From NCBI GenBank assembly GCA_037446215.1, contig JBBIJB010000037.1, positions 1-13,669 on the forward strand: 13,669 bases of DNA, given 5' to 3'. The position numbers were made by a program, and so were the translations under genes. The first letter of the stretch is position 1. Every line of letters begins with the position of its first letter. The notes below the pieces were generated by a model. It ran no database searches, had not been told where the DNA came from, and saw only the letters and a list, made by a program, of their open reading frames with translations. The stretch is from Armatimonadota bacterium. Lineage in GTDB: Bacteria; Sysuimicrobiota; Sysuimicrobiia; Sysuimicrobiales; Humicultoraceae. Positions 1-7,696 of this stretch are shown piece by piece.

Positions 1-2
1 TC

Positions 3-455
3 TACTTAGCCTGGGCGGCCAGGCACCACGGCGTCTCGACGTGGAGCCTGGCCGACGTCTACGGGTGGGTGATCCCCATCGGGAACATCTTCATCCGCTT
101 CGGCAACTTCGTAAACGGCGAGCTCTACGGTGACCCGACCGCGCTGCCGTGGGGCATCAGGTTCCCTTCGTCGCCCGAGGTAGCGCGACACCCCCTGCAG
201 ATCTACGAGATGGCGCTCGCCTTCGTGGTCATCGCCGCGGCCGCCCGGGTGGCTTCGCGACGCCGGTTTCCGGGCCAGGTCTTCTGGACCATAGTGGCTG
301 CCACCTCGGCGGGCCGGCTGGTCTTCGACCTCATGAGGAGCGAGGTGCGGATCGCCGGCTGGCTCACGATGGGGCAGATCCCTGCCCTACTCCTGGTGGC
401 CTGGGCGGCGGCGGCGCTGTGGCAGGGCCTCCGCAGGGCCGAGGCGCGCCGCTAG
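3..455 (+). CDS. lgt: Prolipoprotein diacylglyceryl transferase family protein, 5'-partial (C-terminal half)
   Basis: The frame is open from position 3 (YLAWAARHHGVSTWSLADVYGWVIPIG...) to TAG at 453-455, so the ORF-track start at 69 is internal. It has the Lgt signature RFGNFVNGELYG, then LPWGIRFP, RHPLQIYE (consensus RHPSQLYE), RLVFDLMR (consensus RFxxEFxR) and LTMGQ. Confidence 0.92.
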   Translation, partial: YLAWAARHHGVSTWSLADVYGWVIPIGNIFIRFGNFVNGELYGDPTALPWGIRFPSSPEVARHPLQIYEMALAFVVIAAAARVASRRRFPGQVFWTIVAATSAGRLVFDLMRSEVRIAGWLTMGQIPALLLVAWAAAALWQGLRRAEARR

Positions 456-482
456 CCCGGTCCCCCCGCTTCGCCACGCCTC

Positions 483-1961
483 CTAGCGGAACAGCTCGAC
501 TACCCTGCCGGAGAAGCTGGTCACGGTCGCGGGGAGGACCCCGACCTGGATCACTGCCGCGACCGCCACCGCCAGCGCGACGCCGAGCATGCGGCACGGC
601 AGGACCCTCACGCCCTGGGGGGGATCGCCCTCCCCAACCGAGTAGATGACGTAGACTACCCGCAGGTAGTAGTAGACCGAGATCACGCTCGTCAACACGC
701 CGAGCAGCGCGAGCGCCAGGCCGCCGGGTCCTCCCCCCTCCACCGCGGCCGCGAACACCCCGAACTTGGCCACGAAGCCCCCTGTCGGCGGCAGCCCTGC
801 CAGCGACACCATGAAGAGCGCGGTGGCCGCGGCAAGCAGCGGGGCGCGGGCGGCCAGCCCGGCGTAGTCCTCTATCCGGTCGGCCTCGTCACCCTCCCGC
901 TCGACCGCCACGGCGACGGCGAAGGCCCCGGTTCCCATCGCCACGTAGACGGCAAGATAGGTGAGCACCGCGGAGGTCGCCTGGGCGGTCCCGGTGGCTA
1001 CGCCGACCAGGAGGTAGCCGGCGTGGGCGATGCTGGAGTAGGCCAACATCCGCTTGTAGCTCGACTGGAGCAGGGCCGCGAGGTTGCCCACCACCATGGT
1101 CATCGACGCGACCACGCCCAGCGCCACCGTCCACTCCCCGGCCGTGGACCCGAGCGTCAGCGGGAAGATCCTCACCAGCGCCAGGAAGGCGCCGACCTTC
1201 GCGATCACGGCCATGAACGCGACCGATGGGATGGGGGCGCCGTCGTAGACGTCCGGGGCCCACGCGTGGAACGGAACCAGCGCGGCCTTGAACCCGACCC
1301 CTATCGTGACGAGGGCCGCTCCCGCCGATCCGGAGGCGCTCCAGGGAAGCTCGGCCAGCCGCGCGCCCAGTTCCGGCATCCGCGTCGTGCCGGTCGTCCC
1401 ATACAGGAGCGCTATGCCGTAGAGCAGGAAGGCGCTCGCGAACGTGCTGAGCAGGAAGTACTTCATCCCCGCTTCCTGCGACCGCGCGAAGCCGCGGCGA
1501 AACGCCGCGAGCACGTAGAGCGGGATCGAGAGCGTCTCTATGGAGAGGAACAGCATCAGGAGGTCGCGGCTCGCCGCCATCAGCATCGCGCCGGTGCCGG
1601 CGATCATCACGAGGAAGTAGTACTCTCCCCGGTCGAGGCCGTGGCGCTTCAGGTAGCCGGGCGCCACCAGCAGCCCGAGCGCCGTGGCGCCCAGCGCAAG
1701 GAGGTCGCCGGCGCAGGTGAGGGCGTCGCGGACGTACATCCCGGCAAACCCGACGCCGGGGGAGGCGGAGAGCGCGGCCCACGCGGCCCACGCCAGGCCT
1801 GCCAGGCTCAACCCGACAAGCCATCCTCTGCGGCGGGGACCGACCCACAGGTCGGCGACGAGCACCACCAGCGCGGTGGCCAGCACGATGACCTCCGGGA
1901 GGATCAGGCCGATCTCCACCGGCGGCGTCGTGATCGGCGGAAGCCCGCCAGGCGCCCTCAC
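483..1961 (-). CDS. nuoN: NADH-quinone oxidoreductase subunit N (antiporter-like), about 492 aa
   Basis: C-terminal part of track ORF 483..3152. The GTG start at 1961-1959 overlaps the nuoM TGA (GTGA), with GAGGTG 6 nt upstream. Motifs: GEYYFL, LSIETLS, RSQEAGMKYFLL, GFKAALVPFHAWAPDVYDGAP, KRMLAYSSIAHAGY, SLAGLPPTGGFVAKF, SVISVYYYLRV. Confidence 0.96.
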   Translation of the reverse strand: MRAPGGLPPITTPPVEIGLILPEVIVLATALVVLVADLWVGPRRRGWLVGLSLAGLAWAAWAALSASPGVGFAGMYVRDALTCAGDLLALGATALGLLVAPGYLKRHGLDRGEYYFLVMIAGTGAMLMAASRDLLMLFLSIETLSIPLYVLAAFRRGFARSQEAGMKYFLLSTFASAFLLYGIALLYGTTGTTRMPELGARLAELPWSASGSAGAALVTIGVGFKAALVPFHAWAPDVYDGAPIPSVAFMAVIAKVGAFLALVRIFPLTLGSTAGEWTVALGVVASMTMVVGNLAALLQSSYKRMLAYSSIAHAGYLLVGVATGTAQATSAVLTYLAVYVAMGTGAFAVAVAVEREGDEADRIEDYAGLAARAPLLAAATALFMVSLAGLPPTGGFVAKFGVFAAAVEGGGPGGLALALLGVLTSVISVYYYLRVVYVIYSVGEGDPPQGVRVLPCRMLGVALAVAVAAVIQVGVLPATVTSFSGRVVELFR

Positions 1962-3502
1962 GGCTGGCACCTCTTGGGGAGCGCCGTCAGGCCGGACCCG
2001 GCCTGCGGCGGGGTGCACGCGGCCGCCACAGATGGCCGCTGCAGCCGGGCCAGGGTCACGCCCACCGCCGCCTCCGAGCGATCCAGCAGGGGCCTCGGGT
2101 AGAGGCCGATCAGGAAGATCGCCGTTACCAGCGGCGCGAAGACCAGCAGCTCGCGCCTGGAGAGATCCACCAGCCGCTCCGGGTGCTTGGCACGGGGCGG
2201 CCCGTGCATCACCTGCTGGTACGCCCACAAGAGGTAGGCCGCCGATCCTATCACGCCGAGCACTCCAAGCGCTCCCCACCAGGCCGACACCCTGAACGCG
2301 CCGAGCAGCACCAGGAACTCGCCGACGAAGCCGTTGGTTCCCGGCAGCGCCGCGGAGGAGAGGAGCACGATGGTGAAGACCACCGCGAACCGGGGCATCA
2401 GCGCCGCCACTCCACCGTAGTCCGAGATCTGGCGGGAGTGGGTACGATCGTAGAGCACACCGACCACCAGGAAGAGCGCGCCGGTGCTTATGCCGTGGCT
2501 GACCATCTGGATCAGGCCACCCTGCATCCCCTGCAGGTTGAGCGAGGCTATACCCAGCATCACGAAACCCAGGTGGCTGACGCTGCTGAACGCGATCAGC
2601 CGCTTGAGGTCGGTCTGCGCCCAGGAGACCGCCGCTCCGTAGACGATGCCCACGATGGCAAGACCGGCGATGAGGGGGGCAGCGGCCACGAGGGCTTCGG
2701 GCGTCAGCACCGGCGCGAACCTGACGAAGCCGTAGGTGCCCATCTTCAGCAGGATCGCCGCCAGGACCACGCTGCCCGCTGTGGGCGCCTCGGTATGGGC
2801 GTCCGGCAGCCACGTGTGGAGAGGCCAGACCGGGACCTTCACGGCGAAGGCCACCGCGAACGCGGCGAAGATCCACCACTGGGAGGCCGGAGGCAGGGAG
2901 ACGTCGGCCAGGCGTTCCAGCGCGAAGGTACGCTCGCCCAGCTGCGCGGCCGCGACGATGTGGACCGAGACTATCGCAACCAGCATCAGCACGCTCGCGG
3001 CCATCGTGTACAGGAAGAACTTGATGGCGGCGTAGCGTCGGTTGGGCCCTCCCCAGAGGGCTATCAGGAAGGCCATCGGGATCAGGACCGCCTCCCAGAA
3101 GACGTAGAAGAGGATGAGGTCGAGGCTCAGGAAGGTCCCGAGCACCGCGCACTCCAGCGCCAGCACCGCGGCGGTGAACGCCTTGACCCCTTGAGTGATC
3201 GATCCCCAGGAGCCCACCAGCGCTATTGGAAAGATCACGACGGTGAGCAGCACCAGCAGCAGCGAGATGCCGTCAATGCCTACGCTGTAGCCAACCCCAA
3301 GCGCCGGCAGCCAGGCCGCCGACTCGGTGAACTGCATCCCTCCGAAGGAGGGGTCGAAGGCGGCGAAGAGCGCGGCGCCCAGCAGCAGCGTTAGCCCGCT
3401 CGAGGCGAGCCCGACCCAGCGGATCGCTTCCTCGCGCTCCCTGGGCAGCAGCAGGACGCACGCGGCCCCGGCCAGCGGCAGGAATATCAACGCCGAGAGC
3501 AT
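1958..3502 (-). CDS. nuoM: NADH-quinone oxidoreductase subunit M (antiporter-like), 514 aa
   Basis: Motifs GIDGISLLLVLLT, FYVFWEAVLIP, YAAIKFFLYT, AVKVPVWPLHTWLPDAHTEAPTAGSV, LLKMGTYG, DLKRLIAFSSVSHLG, LPGTNGFVGEF. Lies between nuoL and nuoN. Confidence 0.97.
   Translation of the reverse strand: MLSALIFLPLAGAACVLLLPREREEAIRWVGLASSGLTLLLGAALFAAFDPSFGGMQFTESAAWLPALGVGYSVGIDGISLLLVLLTVVIFPIALVGSWGSITQGVKAFTAAVLALECAVLGTFLSLDLILFYVFWEAVLIPMAFLIALWGGPNRRYAAIKFFLYTMAASVLMLVAIVSVHIVAAAQLGERTFALERLADVSLPPASQWWIFAAFAVAFAVKVPVWPLHTWLPDAHTEAPTAGSVVLAAILLKMGTYGFVRFAPVLTPEALVAAAPLIAGLAIVGIVYGAAVSWAQTDLKRLIAFSSVSHLGFVMLGIASLNLQGMQGGLIQMVSHGISTGALFLVVGVLYDRTHSRQISDYGGVAALMPRFAVVFTIVLLSSAALPGTNGFVGEFLVLLGAFRVSAWWGALGVLGVIGSAAYLLWAYQQVMHGPPRAKHPERLVDLSRRELLVFAPLVTAIFLIGLYPRPLLDRSEAAVGVTLARLQRPSVAAACTPPQAGSGLTALPKRCQP
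1968..1973 (-). promoter_or_regulatory. Shine-Dalgarno site for nuoN
   Basis: GAGGTG 6 nt upstream of the GTG at 1961, inside the nuoM tail. Confidence 0.7.
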
Positions 3503-3509
3503 CCCTCGC

Positions 3510-5405
3510 CTACCTCAGGATCCAGTAGCCCATGAGTATCACTCCGCCGATCAGCAGCCCCAGAGCGTAGTGCCGGGCGTAGCCCGTCTGCAGGCGGCGA
3601 GCCTGGCCGCCCAGGGCCGCGACTATCCTCCCGGTGCCGTTCACGGCACCGTCGATCACTCCCAGATCGAAAGTCCCGGCCAGCCACCGGGCCGCGGCCC
3701 TTCCCGGGCGCAGGAGGAGCCCCTCGTAGGCCGCGTCGACGTACCACCTCTGCTCCAGGAACGTTCCGAGGACGCCGAGCGCGGGCTCGCGCCGCCCGCG
3801 GTGCAGCCTCCATCCCGTGGCGACGCCCAGGAGCGCGACCGCCACCGAGATGCCGATCAGCAGCGACGCGGGCGGATGGGGAGCGTCTGCCTGGGCCCCG
3901 GCCGCGGCCAGTGACTCCAGGAAGCGCAGAAGCGGCTCTCCCGCCAAGTGGGCGCCGAGCAGGCCGCCCGCGACCGACAGCAGGGCGAGCACGGCCATCG
4001 GCCACAGCATCAGCGGCGGCGACTCGTGTGGGTGGGCACCCGGGTCGGCCGGTGTCCCGCAGAACGTGAGTGAGACGGCGCGCGTGATGTAGACGGCGGT
4101 CACAAACGCGGTCAGCAGGCCCAGCGCGTACGGGACGTAGTTGCCGCTGGAGAGGCCGAGCGCGAACGCCGCCTCGAGCACCAGGTCCTTGCTGAAGAAC
4201 CCCGCAAACGGCGGCACTCCCGCGAGCGCCAGCGCGCCCACGATGAAACCCCCGGCGGTCCACCTCAGCTGCCGCCCCAAACCGCCAAGCCTGCGGACGT
4301 CTATCACCTCGTGCATCGCGTGCATCACGCTGCCCGCGGCCAGGAAGAGCAGGGCCTTGAAGAAGGCGTGGGTGACGAGGTGGAAGATGCCGAGCGCCGC
4401 GGCCATCGCACCCATCGCGACGAACATGTACCCCAGCTGGCTTATCGTTGAGTAGGCGAGGACCCGCTTCAGGTCGTCCTGGCGCAGCGCCACCGTCGCC
4501 GCGTAGAAGGCGGTCAGCGCGCCCACCGTGGCGATCACGGTCAGCGCCACGGGTGAGCCGAGAAACAGCGTGTCGAGGCGGGCTATCAGGAAGACGCCCG
4601 CGGTCACCATCGTTGCCGCGTGAATCAGCGCCGAGACAGGCGTGGGCCCCTCCATCGCGTCGGGAAGCCAGACGTGCAGCGGTATCTGAGCCGACTTACC
4701 GGTGGCCCCGGCGAACAGGAGCAGGGCGATCGCGGTTCGAAGCCCGTCCGGCAGACCGCCTGCCCCCTCGCGCACCGCCGGGATGTCGAGCGTGCCAAGC
4801 GCGGTGAAGATCGCGAACAGACCCAGCAGGAAGGCGGCGTCGCCTATCCGGTTGACGACGAACGCCTTGCGGCCGGCGGAGGCCGCGGCCGGCCGGGCGA
4901 ACCAGAACCCGATCAGCAGGTAGGAGCAGAGCCCCACCATCTCCCAGCCGACGAACAGGACCAGCAGGTTGCCCGCCATCACCAGGACGAGCATCGAGAA
5001 GATGAAGAGGTTCAGGTAGGCGAAGTAGCGCGACCTGTTGGGGTCTTCGGCCATGTAGCCGATGGAGTAGACATGGATCAGGAACCCGACGCCGGTGACG
5101 ACCAGCGCCATCACCAGGGAGAGAGGGTCCACGAGCAGGCTCGCCTCAACCCAGAGATCGCCGGCCCCCAGCCACGAGAACAGCGGCACCAGCAGCCCGG
5201 GCGCCGGGTCGAGCCCTCCGGCTGCGCCCTGTGCCGGAGCGGTGCCGATGTGTCCCAGCAGGAGGAGGAGAGCCGTGAGGAAGCTTGCTCCCACCGCGGA
5301 CGAAGCCACCATGCCGGCGGCGCGCCCGGCGAGCCGGCCGCCGGCCAGCCCGCAGATCAGCCATCCGGCGAGCGGCCATAGCAGCATGTACGGCGCCAAC
5401 CCCAT
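3510..5405 (-). CDS. nuoL: NADH-quinone oxidoreductase subunit L (antiporter-like), 631 aa
   Basis: Motifs IHVYSIGYM, GWEMVGLCSYLLIGFW, KAFVVNRIGD, GKSAQIPLHVWLPDAMEGPTPVSALIHAATMV, DLKRVLAYSTISQLGYM, FHLVTHAFFKALLFL, GFFSKD. The C-terminal lateral-helix region ends RRLQTGYARHYA. Confidence 0.98.
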   Translation of the reverse strand: MGLAPYMLLWPLAGWLICGLAGGRLAGRAAGMVASSAVGASFLTALLLLLGHIGTAPAQGAAGGLDPAPGLLVPLFSWLGAGDLWVEASLLVDPLSLVMALVVTGVGFLIHVYSIGYMAEDPNRSRYFAYLNLFIFSMLVLVMAGNLLVLFVGWEMVGLCSYLLIGFWFARPAAASAGRKAFVVNRIGDAAFLLGLFAIFTALGTLDIPAVREGAGGLPDGLRTAIALLLFAGATGKSAQIPLHVWLPDAMEGPTPVSALIHAATMVTAGVFLIARLDTLFLGSPVALTVIATVGALTAFYAATVALRQDDLKRVLAYSTISQLGYMFVAMGAMAAALGIFHLVTHAFFKALLFLAAGSVMHAMHEVIDVRRLGGLGRQLRWTAGGFIVGALALAGVPPFAGFFSKDLVLEAAFALGLSSGNYVPYALGLLTAFVTAVYITRAVSLTFCGTPADPGAHPHESPPLMLWPMAVLALLSVAGGLLGAHLAGEPLLRFLESLAAAGAQADAPHPPASLLIGISVAVALLGVATGWRLHRGRREPALGVLGTFLEQRWYVDAAYEGLLLRPGRAAARWLAGTFDLGVIDGAVNGTGRIVAALGGQARRLQTGYARHYALGLLIGGVILMGYWILR

Positions 5406-5407
5406 CG

Positions 5408-5710
5408 CTATCCCCGCAGCAGGTCCACGTCGTCTATGTTGACCGTCTCGCGCCAGCGGAAGATCTCGACCACGAGGGCCAGCCCCACGACGACCTCCAC
5501 CGCCGCGACCACGAGCACGAAGAAGACCACCACCTGGCCCTCGATCGAGCCATGCTGCCTGGCGAACGTCACGAACGCCAGGTTGACCGAGTTGAGCATC
5601 AGCTCTATCGACATGAAGATGATCAGCGCGTTGCGCCTTATCAGCACCCCGATCACGCCCAGGGTGAAGAGGAGGGCGCTGAGGAACAGGTAGGCGGAGG
5701 CCGGCACCAC
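5408..5710 (-). CDS. nuoK: NADH-quinone oxidoreductase subunit K, about 100 aa
   Basis: C-terminal part of track ORF 5408..6223. GTG at 5710-5708 has AAGGAGG upstream (an alternative GTG lies at 5707-5705). The sequence [44 protein letters not shown]...[21 protein letters not shown] has both conserved glutamates. Confidence 0.95.
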   Translation of the reverse strand: MVPASAYLFLSALLFTLGVIGVLIRRNALIIFMSIELMLNSVNLAFVTFARQHGSIEGQVVVFFVLVVAAVEVVVGLALVVEIFRWRETVNIDDVDLLRG

Positions 5711-5712
5711 CG

Positions 5713-6228
5713 CTAGCGCCCCTCCTTCCGCCTGCCGGGCGCCTCGCGGCTTGCGAGGACGACGGCTGCCACGATCCCCACGAGCAGGATCACGGAGGCA
5801 AGCTCGAACGGAAGCAGGAACTCCACGAAGAGCGCGGCTCCGACCTGTTGAGCGGTCCCGAACTCCTCGGGGGGGGCCGCGAACGGGCGGGCGGCCCCGA
5901 GCCCCCCGAACAGCAACGCGGCCAGGAACGCCCCGCCGAAGACGAGGGCCAGCGGCTGCTGGCGGGGGAGCTTCTGGTGCAGCGGCTCGCCGGAGCGGGC
6001 GTGCAGGAGCATTATCACGAAGAGGAACAGGACCACTATGGCGCCCGCGTAGATTATCACCTGCAGCATGGCGACGAACTGCGCTATCAGCAGAAGGTAG
6101 GTAACCGCCAGCGAGAGCAGCACCGCCAGCAGGGAGAGGGCGCTGTGTACAGGCCGAGCCGACGTGATCACGCCGACCCCGCCGCCGATTGCGACCACGG
6201 CGGCGATCAGGAAGACCCCCCACTCCAA
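5713..6228 (-). CDS. nuoJ: NADH-quinone oxidoreductase subunit J, 171 aa
   Basis: TTG start with GGAGGT 8 nt upstream. Motifs [51 protein letters not shown]. Confidence 0.96.
   Translation of the reverse strand: MEWGVFLIAAVVAIGGGVGVITSARPVHSALSLLAVLLSLAVTYLLLIAQFVAMLQVIIYAGAIVVLFLFVIMLLHARSGEPLHQKLPRQQPLALVFGGAFLAALLFGGLGAARPFAAPPEEFGTAQQVGAALFVEFLLPFELASVILLVGIVAAVVLASREAPGRRKEGR
5721..5727 (-). promoter_or_regulatory. Shine-Dalgarno site for nuoK
   Basis: AAGGAGG 10 nt upstream of the GTG at 5710, inside the nuoJ tail (encodes part of KEG). Confidence 0.7.
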
Positions 6229-6232
6229 GGCC

Positions 6233-6706
6233 CTACACCTCCCGCCCGGGATCCCGGCCCGACGCCCCCGGGTAGGGCTCGGTCAGCATCCCCTTCGTGT
6301 AGATGAGGGTCTCCCGCACATAGGAGGAGAGCTCGTAGTCGCGGCCCAGCACTATCGCGCCCGTGGGACACGCCTCCTCGCAGAAGCCGCAGTAGATGCA
6401 CCGCAGCATGTTGATCTGGAACTGCTCCGAGCATCGCTCGCCCTTGCTCAGGCGACGCTCGGGCGTGTTCTCCCCTGCCTCGACGAATATCGCCTGCGCG
6501 GGGCAGACTATCACGCACAGCTCACACCCCACGCATCGCTCGACCCCGTCGCCGTAGAGGGTGAGCCAGTGCCGTCCCTTGAACCTGGGGGCCACCTTTG
6601 CCCGCACCTCGGGATAACCGATGGTGACCGGGGGACGGAACAGGTACCGCCCCACGATCAGCAGCCCGCGCAGCATCGCCATCGTCTGCCCGAGGACGCC
6701 CGGCAC
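6233..6706 (-). CDS. nuoI: NADH-quinone oxidoreductase subunit I (2x[4Fe-4S], N6a/N6b), 157 aa
   Basis: YPE...PRFKGRH, then two ferredoxin motifs CVGCELCVIVCP and CIYCGFCEEACP. GTG start 3 nt after the nuoH stop. Confidence 0.97.
   Translation of the reverse strand: MPGVLGQTMAMLRGLLIVGRYLFRPPVTIGYPEVRAKVAPRFKGRHWLTLYGDGVERCVGCELCVIVCPAQAIFVEAGENTPERRLSKGERCSEQFQINMLRCIYCGFCEEACPTGAIVLGRDYELSSYVRETLIYTKGMLTEPYPGASGRDPGREV
6237..6242 (-). promoter_or_regulatory. Shine-Dalgarno site for nuoJ
   Basis: GGAGGT 8 nt upstream of the TTG at 6228. Confidence 0.75.
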
Positions 6707-6709
6707 CGG

Positions 6710-7696
6710 CTACCCCCCTGCCAGGGTCACGATCAGCGCCGTGACCACGATGTTCACGAGCCCCACCGGCACAAGGATCTTCCAGCCGAGCGCCATCAGC
6801 TGATCGTACCTGACGCGGGGCAGCGTCGCCCGGACCCACACGAAGAAGCACGCGATCAGGAAGGTCTTCAGCAGCACCCAGTGCGGACCCGGCAGCAGCG
6901 GTCCGTGCCAGCCCCCAAGGAACAGCGTCGTGATCAGCAGGCTCATCGTGACCACGCCGATGTACTCGGCGACGTAGAACATGGCGAACTTGAACCCGCC
7001 GTACCCGGTGTGGAAGCCGGCGATCAACTCCTGCTCCGCCTCGGGAAGGTCGAACGGGGCGCGGTTGGTCTCGGCGATCGCCCCGATTACGAACAGCAGG
7101 AAGCCTACGGGCTGCAGGAACACGAACCAGACGCGCTGCTGGGCGTTGACGATGTCCACCAGACTGAGCGATCCGGTGGCGAGCACGATCGGCACCACGG
7201 CCAGCCCGATCGTCAACTCGTAGCTGATCACCTGGGCGCCTGAGCGGAGGCTTCCCAGCAGGCCGTACCTGCTCACCGACGACCACCCTCCGAGGATGAT
7301 CCCGTAGACGCCTATCGACGACGCCCCGAGCACCAGCAATATCGCCACGTTGACGTCGGCGATGTAGAGGGGGACCGTGATCCCAAACAGGCGTAGTTCC
7401 GGACCCAGGGGGATCACGGCGTAGACGAACAGCGCAGCCACCATCGATATGGCCGGCGCGAGCCTGTACACGACCGGGTCGGCGCCGGAGGGCATGAAGT
7501 CCTCCTTGAAGATCAGCTTGATCGCGTCGGCGATCGGCTGCAGCAGCCCCTGCGGTCCCACGCGGTCGGGGCCGCGGCGGATCTGGAGCCTCGCGATCAG
7601 CCGCCGCTCCAACAGGGTCATGTAGGCGCACACGCCCATCACCATCAGTATCAGGACGACGCTCTTCGCGGCGGCGACGGCGAGCAGGGAGTTCAC
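6710..7696 (-). CDS. nuoH: NADH-quinone oxidoreductase subunit H (ND1 homologue), about 328 aa
   Basis: GTG at 7696-7694 overlaps the nuoG TGA (GTGA), with GGAGG 7 nt upstream, which I prefer to the track start at 7759. Motifs [80 protein letters not shown]. Confidence 0.96.
   Translation of the reverse strand: MNSLLAVAAAKSVVLILMVMGVCAYMTLLERRLIARLQIRRGPDRVGPQGLLQPIADAIKLIFKEDFMPSGADPVVYRLAPAISMVAALFVYAVIPLGPELRLFGITVPLYIADVNVAILLVLGASSIGVYGIILGGWSSVSRYGLLGSLRSGAQVISYELTIGLAVVPIVLATGSLSLVDIVNAQQRVWFVFLQPVGFLLFVIGAIAETNRAPFDLPEAEQELIAGFHTGYGGFKFAMFYVAEYIGVVTMSLLITTLFLGGWHGPLLPGPHWVLLKTFLIACFFVWVRATLPRVRYDQLMALGWKILVPVGLVNIVVTALIVTLAGG

Noticed and set aside
441..489. Inverted repeats around the lgt/nuoN junction (ccgctag/ctagcgg and gaggcg/cgcctc)
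   Set aside because: They are only 6-7 bp with loops of about 30 nt. The first arises because both genes end in CGC TAG. There is no U-tract.
1962..3152. 889-aa ORF 483..3152 suggesting a long N-terminal extension or novel fusion on NuoN
   Set aside because: The extension is an Arg/Gly/Pro-rich alternate frame overlapping nuoM. A GTGA-coupled start with a good SD at 1961 gives a normal-sized NuoN.
5868..5876. G homopolymer run in nuoJ as a phase-variation tract or frameshift
   Set aside because: The reading frame is intact (AAPPEE) and short G/C runs are expected at this GC content.
5711..6223. 271-aa ORF 5408..6223 suggesting an extended NuoK
   Set aside because: The upstream part is an off-frame reading of nuoJ. 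NuoK homology begins at the GTG at 5710.
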